DNA of 64,000 bases from Glaciecola sp. (GCA_029251505.1 JAQXDG010000179.1:399-64398), one strand, 5' to 3'. Positions 20,150 through 32,185 are shown, numbered from the stretch's first letter. Notes: generated from the letters alone by a model not told the origin. Program-made: numbers and translations.

Positions 20150-21616
20150 CTAAAAGTGTAAGCCTGGATTTAATGTTCCAGGTAATGTGGTGGCTTCTAA
20201 TTCAACAGACGCAACCGGATAGGCGCAGTAATCCGCAGCATAAAATGCACTGGCGCGGTGATTACCGCTTTCACCGATCCCACCAAATGGCGCAGCGCCA
20301 CTGGCACCAGTGATAGGACGATTCCAATTAACGATGCCTGCACGGATCTGTTGAAAAAACTGATCATATAACTGTGCATCATCAGCTATCAGACCTGCCG
20401 ATAGACCAAATTTGGTGTTGTTCGCTTCAGCGATCGCGTCTATAAATGTGTTGTAACGAATGACCTTTAAGAGTGGACCAAAATGTTCTTCATCCGGTAA
20501 TACATCAAGAATATTCGTCACATCAATGATCCCTGGGCTAACAAAACCTGTGTCGCTATCTAAGTGCGTTAACTCGACTAACACTTGTGCGCCTAATTGA
20601 ATCAGTGCAGCTTGAGCTTGAGCCATCATGGCTGCGGCTTTTGCTGAAATCATCGCGCCCATAAACGGTTGCTCGTCGGCATCGTATTGACCGACTTCGA
20701 TACGTTTGGTTACCTCAATCAAGCGAGCGAGTATCGCATCACCTTGTGCGGTATTAGGAATAAATAAACGACGTGCACAGGTACAGCGTTGGCCGGATGT
20801 GATAAATGCTGATTGTACAATATCATGCACTGCGGCATCGATATCATTCACTTGTGCAACGATTAACGGGTTGTTCCCGCCCATTTCTAGGGCTAGGATT
20901 TTTCCAGGATGTCCTGCAAATTGTTCATGCAGTAATTTACCTGTGTTGGACGATCCGGTGAAAAACAAGCCATCAATATGGTCATGCGCAGCAAGGGCTT
21001 TACCCGTTGTGATATCACCTTGCAGTAAATTTAATACACCTTTAGGTAAGTTAGCTGCGTCCCAAAGTTTAACCATCGTTTGGGCAACCATCGGCGTTAA
21101 GTCTGAGGGTTTGAAAACAATCGTATTACCAGCGATTAGCGCCGGTACGATATGCCCATTGGGTAAATGACCAGGGAAATTATAAGGACCAAATACCGCG
21201 ACAACACCGTGAGGTTTATGGCGGATAAACGCTTTACCTAATGGCATCGGATTTTCGGTCACACCGGTGCGAGTTTGATAGGATTTGATTGAGAGTGCGA
21301 TTTTACCCACCATGGCTGCCGCTTCTGTTTTAGTTTCCCACATTGGTTTACCGGTTTCTTGGGCAATCGCGAGGGCTAATTCGTCCTGATGGTCTTTGAG
21401 TTGTTGTTCATAGGCGTGGATATATACCAAACGCTCGGTCACGCTTAACGCTCCCCAATGAGTAAATGCACAGCGGGCAGCGGCAATCGCCGTATCTACT
21501 TGAGCCGGAGATGCGGCTTGACCGCTCCAAATCGTCGTGTTTTTAGCAGGGTCAATCGAATGTAACTGAGCGCCTTCACCGGCGAGCCATTGACCATCAA
21601 TATAATGGGTGTGCAT
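20150..21616 (-). CDS. astD: N-succinylglutamate 5-semialdehyde dehydrogenase
   Basis: Aldehyde dehydrogenase fold ([16 protein letters not shown], catalytic Cys in GQRCTCARR), positioned after astA. The ATG at 21616 has an AGGA RBS, and the ORF is open to 21640. Confidence 0.85.
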   Translation of the reverse strand: MHTHYIDGQWLAGEGAQLHSIDPAKNTTIWSGQAASPAQVDTAIAAARCAFTHWGALSVTERLVYIHAYEQQLKDHQDELALAIAQETGKPMWETKTEAAAMVGKIALSIKSYQTRTGVTENPMPLGKAFIRHKPHGVVAVFGPYNFPGHLPNGHIVPALIAGNTIVFKPSDLTPMVAQTMVKLWDAANLPKGVLNLLQGDITTGKALAAHDHIDGLFFTGSSNTGKLLHEQFAGHPGKILALEMGGNNPLIVAQVNDIDAAVHDIVQSAFITSGQRCTCARRLFIPNTAQGDAILARLIEVTKRIEVGQYDADEQPFMGAMISAKAAAMMAQAQAALIQLGAQVLVELTHLDSDTGFVSPGIIDVTNILDVLPDEEHFGPLLKVIRYNTFIDAIAEANNTKFGLSAGLIADDAQLYDQFFQQIRAGIVNWNRPITGASGAAPFGGIGESGNHRASAFYAADYCAYPVASVELEATTLPGTLNPGLHF

Positions 21617-21654
21617 AGTAAAATCCTGTCGTGTTGTCATGCCAGTCGGCTGGC

Positions 21655-22671
21655 TTATTTTAAGGGTGCAATTCTGATCATGTCGCTGTTGTTTACTTGC
21701 AATGCTTTGGCTGTTTCACGCGAGATCAAAATATGATCTTCTGTGATTTCTACTGGCTGGAGCACGGCGCGAAAATCAGCGACCTGAGTATTGATAATAA
21801 TGTGCAGAGGAGCTTGTGGATTAATAGTGGCGATTAACGCGGGTTTACGTATAGATTCACGTACTGTTTTTAACGTATCCACCTCTGCTTCAATCGTCGG
21901 GCCTGCATCAAAAATGTCCACATAGCCGCGGCATTTAAAGCCTTCTTTTTCAAGCAATGCTAATGCCGGTTTGGTTTTGTCATGTACTTTACCAATGGCA
22001 GCTTGTGCCGCTTGTGATAACAAGTTCACGTAAATCGGGTATTTCGGCATTAACTCAGCAATAAACACTTTATTACCTATGCCAGTGAGATAATCTGCGG
22101 TCGGAAAATCCATCGAGAAAAAATGTTTTTCTAACCATTCCCAAAATGGAGAACGTCCGTTTTCATCACTGACACCTCGCATTTCTGCGATAACGCGTTC
22201 AGTAAAGCGGTGCTGATGTTCAGCCATAAACAAAAAGCGTACTTTTGATAAAAAGCGCCCCATGTTTGGTTGGCGGGCTTGTTCACGCAAAAACAACGTA
22301 CAGATCTCACTAATCCCAGAATAATCGTTACATACCGTTAAAATTTCAACAGTGTTGTGAATATTTAGTTCACGTGAGGCGTGTACGACTTTACCTAAAT
22401 GGTAGTGGTAAAAGGCATCTTCGACACCCACGCAAGCTTCAATTCCACAAGTTCCAATTACTTCTTCTGAGGCACTATCTTGCATGACAAACAAATAGCT
22501 CTCATTACTTGCACTGCTTACCTGTTTAGTAAAAGAGGCTTCAGAGCGTGCAATTTTTTTGGCTAATAAGTTGTCATTAACAGGTAATGATGTAAACCCC
22601 ACACCTGATTCTTCGGCTATTTCATATAAAGCCTTAAAATCAGATGTGCGTATTGGTCTGATAATATTCAT
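21655..22671 (-). CDS. astA: Arginine N-succinyltransferase
   Basis: 338-aa ORF. The N-terminus [30 protein letters not shown] is typical of AstA. It sits between an ArgD/AstC aminotransferase and astD. Confidence 0.88.
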   Translation of the reverse strand: MNIIRPIRTSDFKALYEIAEESGVGFTSLPVNDNLLAKKIARSEASFTKQVSSASNESYLFVMQDSASEEVIGTCGIEACVGVEDAFYHYHLGKVVHASRELNIHNTVEILTVCNDYSGISEICTLFLREQARQPNMGRFLSKVRFLFMAEHQHRFTERVIAEMRGVSDENGRSPFWEWLEKHFFSMDFPTADYLTGIGNKVFIAELMPKYPIYVNLLSQAAQAAIGKVHDKTKPALALLEKEGFKCRGYVDIFDAGPTIEAEVDTLKTVRESIRKPALIATINPQAPLHIIINTQVADFRAVLQPVEITEDHILISRETAKALQVNNSDMIRIAPLK

Positions 22672-22684
22672 ATCAAATCAACAA

Positions 22685-24124
<1,440 letters not shown>

Positions 24125-24241
24125 TTATGTTAAAAAAAATGAATAAGGGGTTAACTCAAATCAACAAATTTCAGTTGTTTTATCGCCATTTTGTTCAATG
24201 CACTGAGTTGTTTGCCTGAAAATGAGTATAGATGTAACCGA

Positions 24242-24868
24242 TTATGCTGCTGTGCAACTTTCCATACAACGCAGAAAATTATCTAAAATATCGTGTCCAT
24301 GTTCGGTTAATAACGACTCGGGATGAAATTGCACACCATAGACATGCTGTTGTTCATCTTCTATCGCCATGATCTCTATATCATCCTTGCTCAGAGTGGC
24401 ACTGCTAGCATCACTTTGTACTGGAGTACACCATGCCGTCACGGTAAAGTTTGCACTCAATGTGGATGGCTCGATAATCAATGAATGATATCGGGTGGCA
24501 GTAAAAGGATCAGCTACACCCTTAAATAATCGGCCGGTGATGTGATTTACTTGAGCGGTTTTTCCATGTTTTATGGTGGTCGCATTGGTGATGGTGGCAC
24601 CAAATACTTGTGCAATCGCTTGATGCCCTAAACATACGCCTAACAGGGGTATCTTACCTGCAAATGCAGCGATGGCAGCAAGAGTAATACCGGATTCGTT
24701 TGGGGTACATGGACCCGGTGATAGCACTAGGTAATCTGGATTGAGTTCGGTGATCTGAGCGACCGTTATCGCATCGTTGCGCACGACACGCACATCTTGA
24801 CCTAACTCGACGAAGTATCGAGCTAGGTTGTGCGTGAACGAATCATAGTTATCGATTAATAACAGCAT
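24242..24868 (-). CDS. pabA: Glutamine amidotransferase component II (aminodeoxychorismate/anthranilate synthase)
   Basis: MLLLIDNYDSFTHNL, catalytic Cys in LGVCLGHQ, and His/Glu in VQFHPES. It is adjacent to argD, as E. coli pabA is. Confidence 0.8.
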   Translation of the reverse strand: MLLLIDNYDSFTHNLARYFVELGQDVRVVRNDAITVAQITELNPDYLVLSPGPCTPNESGITLAAIAAFAGKIPLLGVCLGHQAIAQVFGATITNATTIKHGKTAQVNHITGRLFKGVADPFTATRYHSLIIEPSTLSANFTVTAWCTPVQSDASSATLSKDDIEIMAIEDEQQHVYGVQFHPESLLTEHGHDILDNFLRCMESCTAA

Positions 24869-24904
24869 AGGTTCTCTGCAAGGAAAGAGAGTGGAGGTTG
24901 AGTC

Positions 24905-25909
24905 TTAACGAGCAGGAATAAACCCAACGGCTTTATATACTGCTGCTAAGGTTTTAGCTGCTCGTTCGGATGCTTTTTCGGCACCTTGGTGCATGACCTG
25001 ATCCAAGTAACCTCGGTCGGCACGAATGTCATGAAAACGGGCTTGAATCGGCGTTAACATATCGACTACCGCCGTTGCCACATCCCCTTTTAAATGACCG
25101 TACATTTTATCCGTATATTGTGGCACTAGTTCATCAATCGTTTGACCTGTGGTGCATGATAATAACGATAATAGATTAGAGACACCTGCTTTTTCAGCAA
25201 CATCATAATAGATGTTTGCTTGCTCATCAGAATCAGTTACGGCGCGTTTTATTTTTTTGGTTAGTACTTTTGGATCTTCTAACAGACCAACGTAATTATT
25301 AGGATTGTCATCAGATTTTGACATCTTTTTAGTGGGTTCTTGCAGGCTCATCACACGCGCACCTGATTTAGGGATGTGCGGATTGGGGATGGTTAACGTA
25401 TCACCATAAGCATTATTAAAGCGCGTTGCGATGTCGCGGGTTAACTCTAAATGCTGCTTCTGATCTTCACCCACAGGTACTTCATTGGCTTGATATAACA
25501 AAATATCAGCAGCTTGAAGTACTGGGTAGCTATACAAACCGACATTGATATTGGCTTCGTGTTTCGCAGACTTGTCTTTGAATTGGGTCATACGATTAAG
25601 CTCACCCATTTGCGTATAGCAATTAAGTACCCATGCAAGTTGCGCATGCTCTGGTACATGGGACTGCATGAAGATGGTGCTTTGCTCAGGGTCAATACCA
25701 CAGGCAAGATACAATGCTAAGCCGTCCAAACATGCCGCATTAAGGGCTTGAGGATCTTGGCGCACCGTAATGGCGTGTAAATCAACAATCATGTACATAC
25801 AATCATGTGTGGATTGCATGGCTACCCATTGCTTTAAAGCCCCAAAATAATTACCTAGGGTTAATTGTCCAGAAGGCTGACAGCCACTTAATACGATTGG
25901 TTTGCTCAT
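24905..25909 (-). CDS. trpS: Tryptophan--tRNA ligase
   Basis: 334-aa class I aaRS. It has a HIGH-region equivalent (TLGNYFGAL), KMSKS, and [15 protein letters not shown]. Confidence 0.95.
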   Translation of the reverse strand: MSKPIVLSGCQPSGQLTLGNYFGALKQWVAMQSTHDCMYMIVDLHAITVRQDPQALNAACLDGLALYLACGIDPEQSTIFMQSHVPEHAQLAWVLNCYTQMGELNRMTQFKDKSAKHEANINVGLYSYPVLQAADILLYQANEVPVGEDQKQHLELTRDIATRFNNAYGDTLTIPNPHIPKSGARVMSLQEPTKKMSKSDDNPNNYVGLLEDPKVLTKKIKRAVTDSDEQANIYYDVAEKAGVSNLLSLLSCTTGQTIDELVPQYTDKMYGHLKGDVATAVVDMLTPIQARFHDIRADRGYLDQVMHQGAEKASERAAKTLAAVYKAVGFIPAR

Positions 25910-25918
25910 GTGTACATC

Positions 25919-26587
25919 TTATATAGTTGATAATTTTTGACGCATCGTAGTGATGACATCATTATAATTAGGTTGATTAAAAATCGCCGAACCGGCAACG
26001 AACATATCTGCTCCAGCCGCAGCAATATCAGCGATGTTATCACAATTTATGCCACCATCGACTTCAATACGAATATCACGACCAGAGGCAGTAACGAGCG
26101 CTTTAACTTGGGCTATTTTGGTTAACGTATGGGGAATAAAGGATTGACCACCAAAGCCAGGGTTAACTGACATCAGTAATATGTAGTCCAGTTTATGCAG
26201 TACATGGTCGAGAACATGCAACGGTGTTGCGGGGTTTAATACCAAACCTGCTTGGCAACCGCCATCGATAATTAATTGTAATGAACGGTCAACATGCCCC
26301 GACGCTTCAGGATGAAAGCTGATCATGCTTGCACCGGCTTGGACAAATTGTTCAATCATACTGTCTACCGGTGACACCATCAGATGAACATCAATGGGGG
26401 CCGTAATGCCATAGTCGCGCAATGCTTTACAGATAGGAGCGCCGAAAGACAGATTGGGGACATAATGGTTATCCATGACATCAAAATGCACTACATCAGC
26501 ACCTGCGTTGATGACGTTAGCGACATCTTCACCTAAACGAGCAAAGTCAGCTGATAAAATTGATGGGGCAATAAGGTACGGTTGCAT
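25919..26587 (-). CDS. rpe: Ribulose-phosphate 3-epimerase
   Basis: [54 protein letters not shown] precedes the ATG at 26587. The ORF-track extension to 26689 is not protein-like. Confidence 0.95.
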   Translation of the reverse strand: MQPYLIAPSILSADFARLGEDVANVINAGADVVHFDVMDNHYVPNLSFGAPICKALRDYGITAPIDVHLMVSPVDSMIEQFVQAGASMISFHPEASGHVDRSLQLIIDGGCQAGLVLNPATPLHVLDHVLHKLDYILLMSVNPGFGGQSFIPHTLTKIAQVKALVTASGRDIRIEVDGGINCDNIADIAAAGADMFVAGSAIFNQPNYNDVITTMRQKLSTI

Positions 26588-26965
26588 TTCGTTCTCCATG
26601 TGTATTTTGCTTATTTTACACGGCTTTGCGATATGTCGCACTAGAGAAAATGACTTTTTTAAGTGCAGGGCGCCGCACCACTGCGCCATAATGGTGCAAA
26701 GGAGTGCTTGGTATGCACATATTATGTCATATTCTAATGCGTCCCATGACTAAATATAGTCATTTAAAACAATGGGTTATATGTTTTTTTTAAAACTTGG
26801 CACATATCATGTATTAGTGTTTAGCAAACGCGAGTGTTAATAATCATACTGACCCGTGAATATGAATACCAAGCTAACACCTTGAATCAATGATTTAATA
26901 TTTGGAATACTTAATCGCTGTAATAATAATAAACAGCACACATTATTTTTAATTTGGAGAAACAC

Positions 26966-27577
26966 ATGAAACTACTAAAATTAACTGCATTATCTGCTGC
27001 ATTACTTTCCACTTCTGTTATGGCTGAATGGTCAGCTAACATAGGAGTGGTATCTGATTATCATTTCCGCGGTATTCAGCAAACTCAGTCAGCTTCTGCC
27101 TCTGCAGGTGTTGATTATGAAAACGCAGGTTTTTACGCGGGTGCTTGGACTGCTGAAGTCGAAGATGGTTTAGAAATTGACCTTTATGGTGGTTACGGCG
27201 TAGAGCTAGATAACGGTTTATCTCTTGGTTTAGGCTATACAACTTATCAATATACTGGTGATTTTGATTCAGCTTACAACGAATTTAACTTCTCAGCGGG
27301 TATGGGTATGTTCAGTGTAGAGTATTCTGTAGGTACGTGGGATGGCCCTGTAGGCGCAGAAGTTGATGCGGATTATGACTTCCTTGCGCTATCTTTCGAA
27401 AAAGACGGCTTTAGTGCAACAGTCGGCACTTGGGGTAAAGATTTTGCAGGCGAATACGCAGAATTAGGTTACGGAACTGAAGTTGGCGGATTTGACGTAG
27501 GTGTTGGCCTAGTCTTATCTGGTAGTGATTTAGATGACAAAGAGTCATTATATTTCTCACTAGGTAAATCGTTCTAA
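26966..27577 (+). CDS. TorF-family (Gcw_chp / TIGR02001-type) putative outer-membrane porin
   Basis: Signal peptide MKLLKLTALSAALLSTSVMA. Family-typical SDYHFRGIQQT, GFYAGAWTA and EIDLYGGYG. The sequence shows beta-strand alternation and ends in F. A GGAGA RBS lies 5 nt upstream. Confidence 0.7.
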   Translation: MKLLKLTALSAALLSTSVMAEWSANIGVVSDYHFRGIQQTQSASASAGVDYENAGFYAGAWTAEVEDGLEIDLYGGYGVELDNGLSLGLGYTTYQYTGDFDSAYNEFNFSAGMGMFSVEYSVGTWDGPVGAEVDADYDFLALSFEKDGFSATVGTWGKDFAGEYAELGYGTEVGGFDVGVGLVLSGSDLDDKESLYFSLGKSF

Positions 27578-27601
27578 AATCGATTTCTTTTTTAAACGTA
27601 T

Positions 27602-27639
27602 AAAAAATACAAATACATTCACGTGTATTTGTATTTTTT
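27602..27639. terminator. Perfect 16-bp AT-rich palindrome (bidirectional terminator-like) after the porin gene
   Basis: AAAAAATACAAATACA (27602-27617) and TGTATTTGTATTTTTT (27624-27639) with a 6-nt loop. Only 2 G:C pairs are present, so the stem is weak. It could alternatively be a protein-binding site. Confidence 0.45.
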
Positions 27640-27656
27640 GCATTTAGGCATATAAT
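27629..27656 (+). promoter_or_regulatory. Sigma70-like promoter candidate for the 27690/28121 gene pair
   Basis: TTGTAT (27629-27634), a 16-nt spacer and TATAAT (27651-27656). The -35 lies in the right arm of the palindrome. Confidence 0.3.
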
Positions 27657-27689
27657 ATAAGGATGGATTAATTACAATTCGAAGAAGAA

Positions 27690-28106
27690 GTGGATATGAC
27701 AGTTTCAAATAACGTTGTAATATTTGCATTAATAGGATTAACAGTGGTGTCTGTTGATTTCTACCTTGCTCATCAACAATCCGATATACCTTCGCATTGT
27801 CAGCATCTCGCTGATAATGATTCTGTTTTTGCGCTGACTAATATGGCGTCGATAGCATCGCAAGGTTCTTTGAACTCATCCTTATCTCAATCTTCAATGA
27901 ACAATGATGCTGTTAAATTAAAGTCAACACAACTTTCCAACTATTCTCAATGCATAACACAATCCGATAATTCAGTGAGTTGGATGGATTGGGTTTTTTC
28001 ATGGCATGACTCACCAACCTTTCATTATTTAGATTTATTAGAATTATTAACATCAAGTGGGGATTCGCATGGTCATGCTGGTCAATCATCTCCTATTAAG
28101 TCATAA
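27690..28106 (+). CDS. Hypothetical membrane-anchored protein, no family recognised
   Basis: 138-aa ORF (GTG 27690 or ATG 27696) with one N-terminal TM helix (VVIFALIGLTVVSVDFYL) and a Ser/Asn/Gln-rich middle. It carries an HCQH motif, a WMDWVFSWHDSPTFHYLDLLELL segment and an HGH motif near the C-terminus. It is AT-rich, about 32% GC in two hand-counted lines. Confidence 0.4.
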   Translation: MDMTVSNNVVIFALIGLTVVSVDFYLAHQQSDIPSHCQHLADNDSVFALTNMASIASQGSLNSSLSQSSMNNDAVKLKSTQLSNYSQCITQSDNSVSWMDWVFSWHDSPTFHYLDLLELLTSSGDSHGHAGQSSPIKS

Positions 28107-28120
28107 CGTTAATTATTTCT

Positions 28121-28330
28121 ATGACAACTTCTAAATCAGCCCCAACCAAACCTTCCATATTGCAGGTCATTCGTGCTGTCGGTGCGAGTATGTTAGGTGT
28201 GCAATCAAACAAAAATTACCAAGACGATTTTGCGACACAGAGCGTGGTGCCTTATTTGGTGGTGGGTGTGATATTTGTGATTGTGTTGATCTTAAGTCTA
28301 GTAGCTTTGGTCAATGTGTTAGTGCCCTAA
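28121..28330 (+). CDS. DUF2970 small membrane protein
   Basis: 69-aa ORF. ILQVIRAVGASMLGVQSNKNYQDDF followed by a single TM helix matches my memory of DUF2970. It begins 14 nt after the previous ORF. Confidence 0.55.
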   Translation: MTTSKSAPTKPSILQVIRAVGASMLGVQSNKNYQDDFATQSVVPYLVVGVIFVIVLILSLVALVNVLVP

Positions 28331-28346
28331 CGCAACATCAAACGGT

Positions 28347-29183
28347 TTACTTGTATAATGCAAGTACTTCTTGAACCTTGACTCTTCCTTTCCCTTTTTG
28401 GCTAATATTACGCTGTACTGCAAATTTAGATTGCTTCGAAGCATCTTTATATAAGGCTTTGGTAAACGGAACAAAATGATTTGAAATCACCGTTGCTATG
28501 CCTTGTTGTTGAGCTGTTAAGGCACACGCAACGAGTCTGGCTTGGTCCTCATCTGTAAACGCATTCCCAGCATAGGCTGTGAAGTTAGATGTCGGATTAA
28601 TGGGCGAATAGGGCGGATCGCAGTAAACGACATCATCGGTTTGTAACTGGGTAAATGCCGTAGCAAAATCGCCTTGAATAAACGTTGCCCGTTGAGCTTT
28701 TTGGGCAAAAAATAGGATTTCATCGGCAGGAAAATAAGGGTGTTTATAACGGCCAAAAGGAACATTATATCCCCCTTTTTGATTGTAGCGGCACAAACCG
28801 TTATAGCCATGTCGATTTAAGTAAACAAATAATACTGCCCGCTCAAATCCGTCAGTGCTCGCATTAAATTGTGATCTTAACGCATAGTATTGTTCGGGGT
28901 GGTTGTAATGACCAGTGAAATACGGTTGTGCTGCGGTAATAAACGCTTCAGATTGATGTTTGATGATATTGAACAGTGCAATTAAGTCATGATTCATATC
29001 GACGAGCAGGTATTCTTCAAACTCTAAGTTTAAAAATACCGAACCACCACCGACAAAAGGCTCAACTAAACGACGTTTACCTTTGGCGGGTAAAATCGAT
29101 GAAATATGTGAAATGACTTTCTTTTTGCCGCCGGCCCACTTTAAAAAGGATCGGTGGAGAGGATTATTATTTTTATTAGTCAT
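28347..29183 (-). CDS. dam: DNA adenine methyltransferase (Dam, GATC-type orphan MTase)
   Basis: FLKWAGGKKK (AdoMet region), the DPPY catalytic motif in VYCDPPYSP, and Dam-like length. Its start overlaps the damX stop by 8 nt. Confidence 0.9.
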   Translation of the reverse strand: MTNKNNNPLHRSFLKWAGGKKKVISHISSILPAKGKRRLVEPFVGGGSVFLNLEFEEYLLVDMNHDLIALFNIIKHQSEAFITAAQPYFTGHYNHPEQYYALRSQFNASTDGFERAVLFVYLNRHGYNGLCRYNQKGGYNVPFGRYKHPYFPADEILFFAQKAQRATFIQGDFATAFTQLQTDDVVYCDPPYSPINPTSNFTAYAGNAFTDEDQARLVACALTAQQQGIATVISNHFVPFTKALYKDASKQSKFAVQRNISQKGKGRVKVQEVLALYK

Positions 29184-30525
29184 CCGCTATGAGTATTTCA
29201 TTCTTGATAGCACTTATCGATTTAATAAAAGGTGATAAGGCTTGCACTACAGGTGGTAGGGAGTTTACCGCGCGACGTGCCTCTTGAATAGAAGAATAAT
29301 CATTATTTAGTAATACAACGTACCAACTACCGCCATATCGTTGGGTTTCATACAGCCAGCTTTGATCTTCTAATGCATTAGCAATAATAAAATCGTTCAA
29401 TGTTTCAGCGCTAGACATCCCCGCTAATTGAATGGCAAAGTGTGTGTCGGAAATAGAAAAAATCTTACTAGCATCAATCATGATCTGAGTGTCAATTATG
29501 GCTGCCGAACTCGTCGGCTTAGCTTGGCTTAGTGCCGATGATGGTTGTGCTACTAACATTTGTGTCGCTAAGGTTTGCTTAGCAACGTGTAATTGTGTTT
29601 GTGATTCAGACCAACTCATGACTAAACCAGGCACATTATCGATTAAGGGGGATTCCTCTACGACAGTTGAGCTAGAAATGATTGGTGTTGTTTCAGTTAA
29701 TAATACTTGGGTATTGACGCCACTGACATCAGCTAAAGCTTGAATGTCTTGCAGCGAATTAACATCAGGTTCAGATGCTGCGATGACCGCGGGGGCATCC
29801 AGAGTTTTAAATATTTGCGCAAAGCGTTGTACTTGTTCTGGATATTGCATGGCCACTAAACTGGTGAATAGTAAACAAAACATAAGTACCATGACACCAA
29901 TGAACCACGGTGAACGAAGTACGTTTACTGGCAGGTGTAATCCATTTGCTCGTGAGTTCATACGCTCAGAAAAGGCTGCGCGTTTAGCCGCAATTAAGCG
30001 GTCAAGCTCACTGCCTTGATGATCATCAAGACTCGAAAATGATTCATTGGCTAATAATATCGGTTGGCTAGAATTCCGGGCGGGTAAGTATTGTTGAGCC
30101 GTTTCTGACCAGACCGTTTCTGCAAATAAAATAACATTGAGATGCGCTTTATTATTAGCAAAACGGCTTTGTAGCACTAGATCCCAAAGTTCATGTAAAA
30201 TCGCATCAGACATGAGTTGTGCCTGAGTAATACAGATTAATACTGGTCCGTCATACTGATTTAGGCTGTGTAAAAGTTCATTGAACGGTCGGACATAAGT
30301 ATTAACGGATGTGTCAACTAGCTGACGACACACATTACGGCGTAAATCTGCATCTTCCATACCTTCTTCCAATTGCACATAAGCAATTTCGGATTGTTCG
30401 TCTTGTTGGGCTAAGAACGATTCCAAGTTACGATGCTGTTGGGCAATCGTATCACCACTGACAAAAATCAGTTGTGACGAATAATTGACTAAATGTTCTA
30501 AGCGTTCATGTAATTGTGAAACCAC
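29176..30525 (-). CDS. damX: DamX-like cell-division protein with C-terminal SPOR domain
   Basis: Central TM helix (WFIGVMVLMFCLLFTSLVAM) and a C-terminal SPOR-like segment (HFAIQLAGMSS...GGSWYVVLLNNDYSSIQEARRAV). It sits between aroB and dam. Confidence 0.7.
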   Translation of the reverse strand: MVSQLHERLEHLVNYSSQLIFVSGDTIAQQHRNLESFLAQQDEQSEIAYVQLEEGMEDADLRRNVCRQLVDTSVNTYVRPFNELLHSLNQYDGPVLICITQAQLMSDAILHELWDLVLQSRFANNKAHLNVILFAETVWSETAQQYLPARNSSQPILLANESFSSLDDHQGSELDRLIAAKRAAFSERMNSRANGLHLPVNVLRSPWFIGVMVLMFCLLFTSLVAMQYPEQVQRFAQIFKTLDAPAVIAASEPDVNSLQDIQALADVSGVNTQVLLTETTPIISSSTVVEESPLIDNVPGLVMSWSESQTQLHVAKQTLATQMLVAQPSSALSQAKPTSSAAIIDTQIMIDASKIFSISDTHFAIQLAGMSSAETLNDFIIANALEDQSWLYETQRYGGSWYVVLLNNDYSSIQEARRAVNSLPPVVQALSPFIKSISAIKNEILIADD

Positions 30526-30577
30526 ATTGCACCTGCCTCAAATAAACTAATCGCGCCTCGTCACCAAGCTTGGCTGG

Positions 30578-31648
30578 TTAACGTGCGCCTAAAATGGGTT
30601 CAAGCACTGACTCCGTCACATCATCGGTAACAATGGCTGAGCCAATACCGGTAGGAATGATAAACCGTATCTTGCCCGCTAGGACTTTTTTATCATGACT
30701 CATGTGTTTGATGTAGGTTGCCATCGTCATATTTTTAGGTCCTGCAATCGGTAAATTAAACGCTGCATGCAGGTCAATAATACGTCGAAGTTCGGCTTCG
30801 GATAGACGATTTTGTGCCACTGCTACTTGCGATGCAATTATAGTACCAGCTGCCACGGCTTCACCATGTAGCCAATTTCCATAGCCCATTTCAGCTTCGA
30901 TTGCATGGCCAAAGGTGTGTCCTAAATTCAATAACGCGCGTAAGCCTTTTTCACGTTCATCTTGAGCGACAATTTCGGCTTTGATAGCACAGCAGCGTTC
31001 AATGGCATAGCTGAGTGCTTCGAGATCAAGCGCTTGTAGTGATTCAATATTATCTTCAAGCCAAGTAAATAACTGCGCATCATAAATAATGCCATACTTA
31101 ATGACTTCAGCCATGCCGGCGGCGAACTCTCGCGGCGGTAATGTCGTAAGCGACTGAGTATCGATATAGACGGCTTGAGGTTGATAGAATGCCCCTATCA
31201 TATTTTTGCCTAAAGGGTGATTGACTGCCGTTTTGCCGCCAACAGAAGAATCAACTTGCGACAATAATGTCGTCGGAATTTGAATGAAATCAATCCCACG
31301 TTGAAAAGTCGCAGCAACAAAACCTGTTAGATCGCCAATAACGCCACCACCTAAAGCAATCAGTGTCGTATCACGCGAAGCATGTTCACTTAATAAAAAA
31401 CTATGTACTTTTTCAAAATGGGTTAGATCTTTGAATTGCTCACCATCCGGTAAGATGATGTGTGAGACATTGGCATGATTTAATGCAGTGATAAATTGAT
31501 CAAGATAGAGCGGAGCAATCGTGTCATTGGTAACAATCACAATTTTTTCGCTGGTGATATGATCAAACAAGCCAGATTGCGCTAACAATCCGGCTTGAAT
31601 GTAGATAGGGTAGCTTCTTGCCCCCAAATCAACGTTAAGTGTAGGCAT
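30578..31648 (-). CDS. aroB: 3-dehydroquinate synthase
   Basis: 356-aa ORF with [36 protein letters not shown] and GHTFGHAIE. Confidence 0.95.
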   Translation of the reverse strand: MPTLNVDLGARSYPIYIQAGLLAQSGLFDHITSEKIVIVTNDTIAPLYLDQFITALNHANVSHIILPDGEQFKDLTHFEKVHSFLLSEHASRDTTLIALGGGVIGDLTGFVAATFQRGIDFIQIPTTLLSQVDSSVGGKTAVNHPLGKNMIGAFYQPQAVYIDTQSLTTLPPREFAAGMAEVIKYGIIYDAQLFTWLEDNIESLQALDLEALSYAIERCCAIKAEIVAQDEREKGLRALLNLGHTFGHAIEAEMGYGNWLHGEAVAAGTIIASQVAVAQNRLSEAELRRIIDLHAAFNLPIAGPKNMTMATYIKHMSHDKKVLAGKIRFIIPTGIGSAIVTDDVTESVLEPILGAR

Positions 31649-31669
31649 GGGGGAGCTCCTTAAAAAGTG

Positions 31670-32185
31670 TTACAGACCGATTTTTTGGATGATTTGATTG
31701 GCAACTGAACGTGCACTTTGATCATCTGTATCAACCACGTAATCTGCCACTTCTTCGTAAAGTGGGTTACGTGATTCTGCTAAATTGCGTAATACGACTT
31801 CAGGATCGTCGTTTTGTAAAAGTGGACGACGTTTGTCGCGCTGAGTACGGGCGACTTGTTTATCAATCGTGGTTTGCAAATAAACGACGATACCACGTGC
31901 TGACAAACGGTTGCGTACCGCAGGTGTAATAATAGAACCACCGCCAGTAGCTAGGACAATACCTTGCTTATCGGTCAATTCATTAATCGTTTCTAATTCA
32001 CGCTTACGAAATCCGTCTTCGCCTTCAAGATCGAAGATCCAAGCGATATCAGCGCCTGTTTTGCGTTCAATTTCATGATCGGAGTCAAAGAATTCTAGAT
32101 GCAATTCGTCTGCTAGGTGTCTTCCAATGGTGCTTTTTCCAGCGCCCATAGGGCCTACCAAAAAGATATTACGTTTTTCAGCCAT
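31670..32185 (-). CDS. aroK: Shikimate kinase I
   Basis: Walker [13 protein letters not shown] and ATGGG, with AroK length (171 aa). It follows pilQ and precedes aroB. Confidence 0.95.
   Translation of the reverse strand: MAEKRNIFLVGPMGAGKSTIGRHLADELHLEFFDSDHEIERKTGADIAWIFDLEGEDGFRKRELETINELTDKQGIVLATGGGSIITPAVRNRLSARGIVVYLQTTIDKQVARTQRDKRRPLLQNDDPEVVLRNLAESRNPLYEEVADYVVDTDDQSARSVANQIIQKIGL

Noticed and set aside
26669-26697. A GC-rich patch upstream of rpe whose two stems (GGCGC/GCGCC and GCACCA/TGGTGC) interleave in an H-type pseudoknot topology, which might suggest a riboswitch.
   Set aside because: The stems are only 5-6 bp. I have no match to any riboswitch consensus I can recall (preQ1, SAM-II, fluoride). 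It is not known whether the region is transcribed. Such short complementarities arise by chance.
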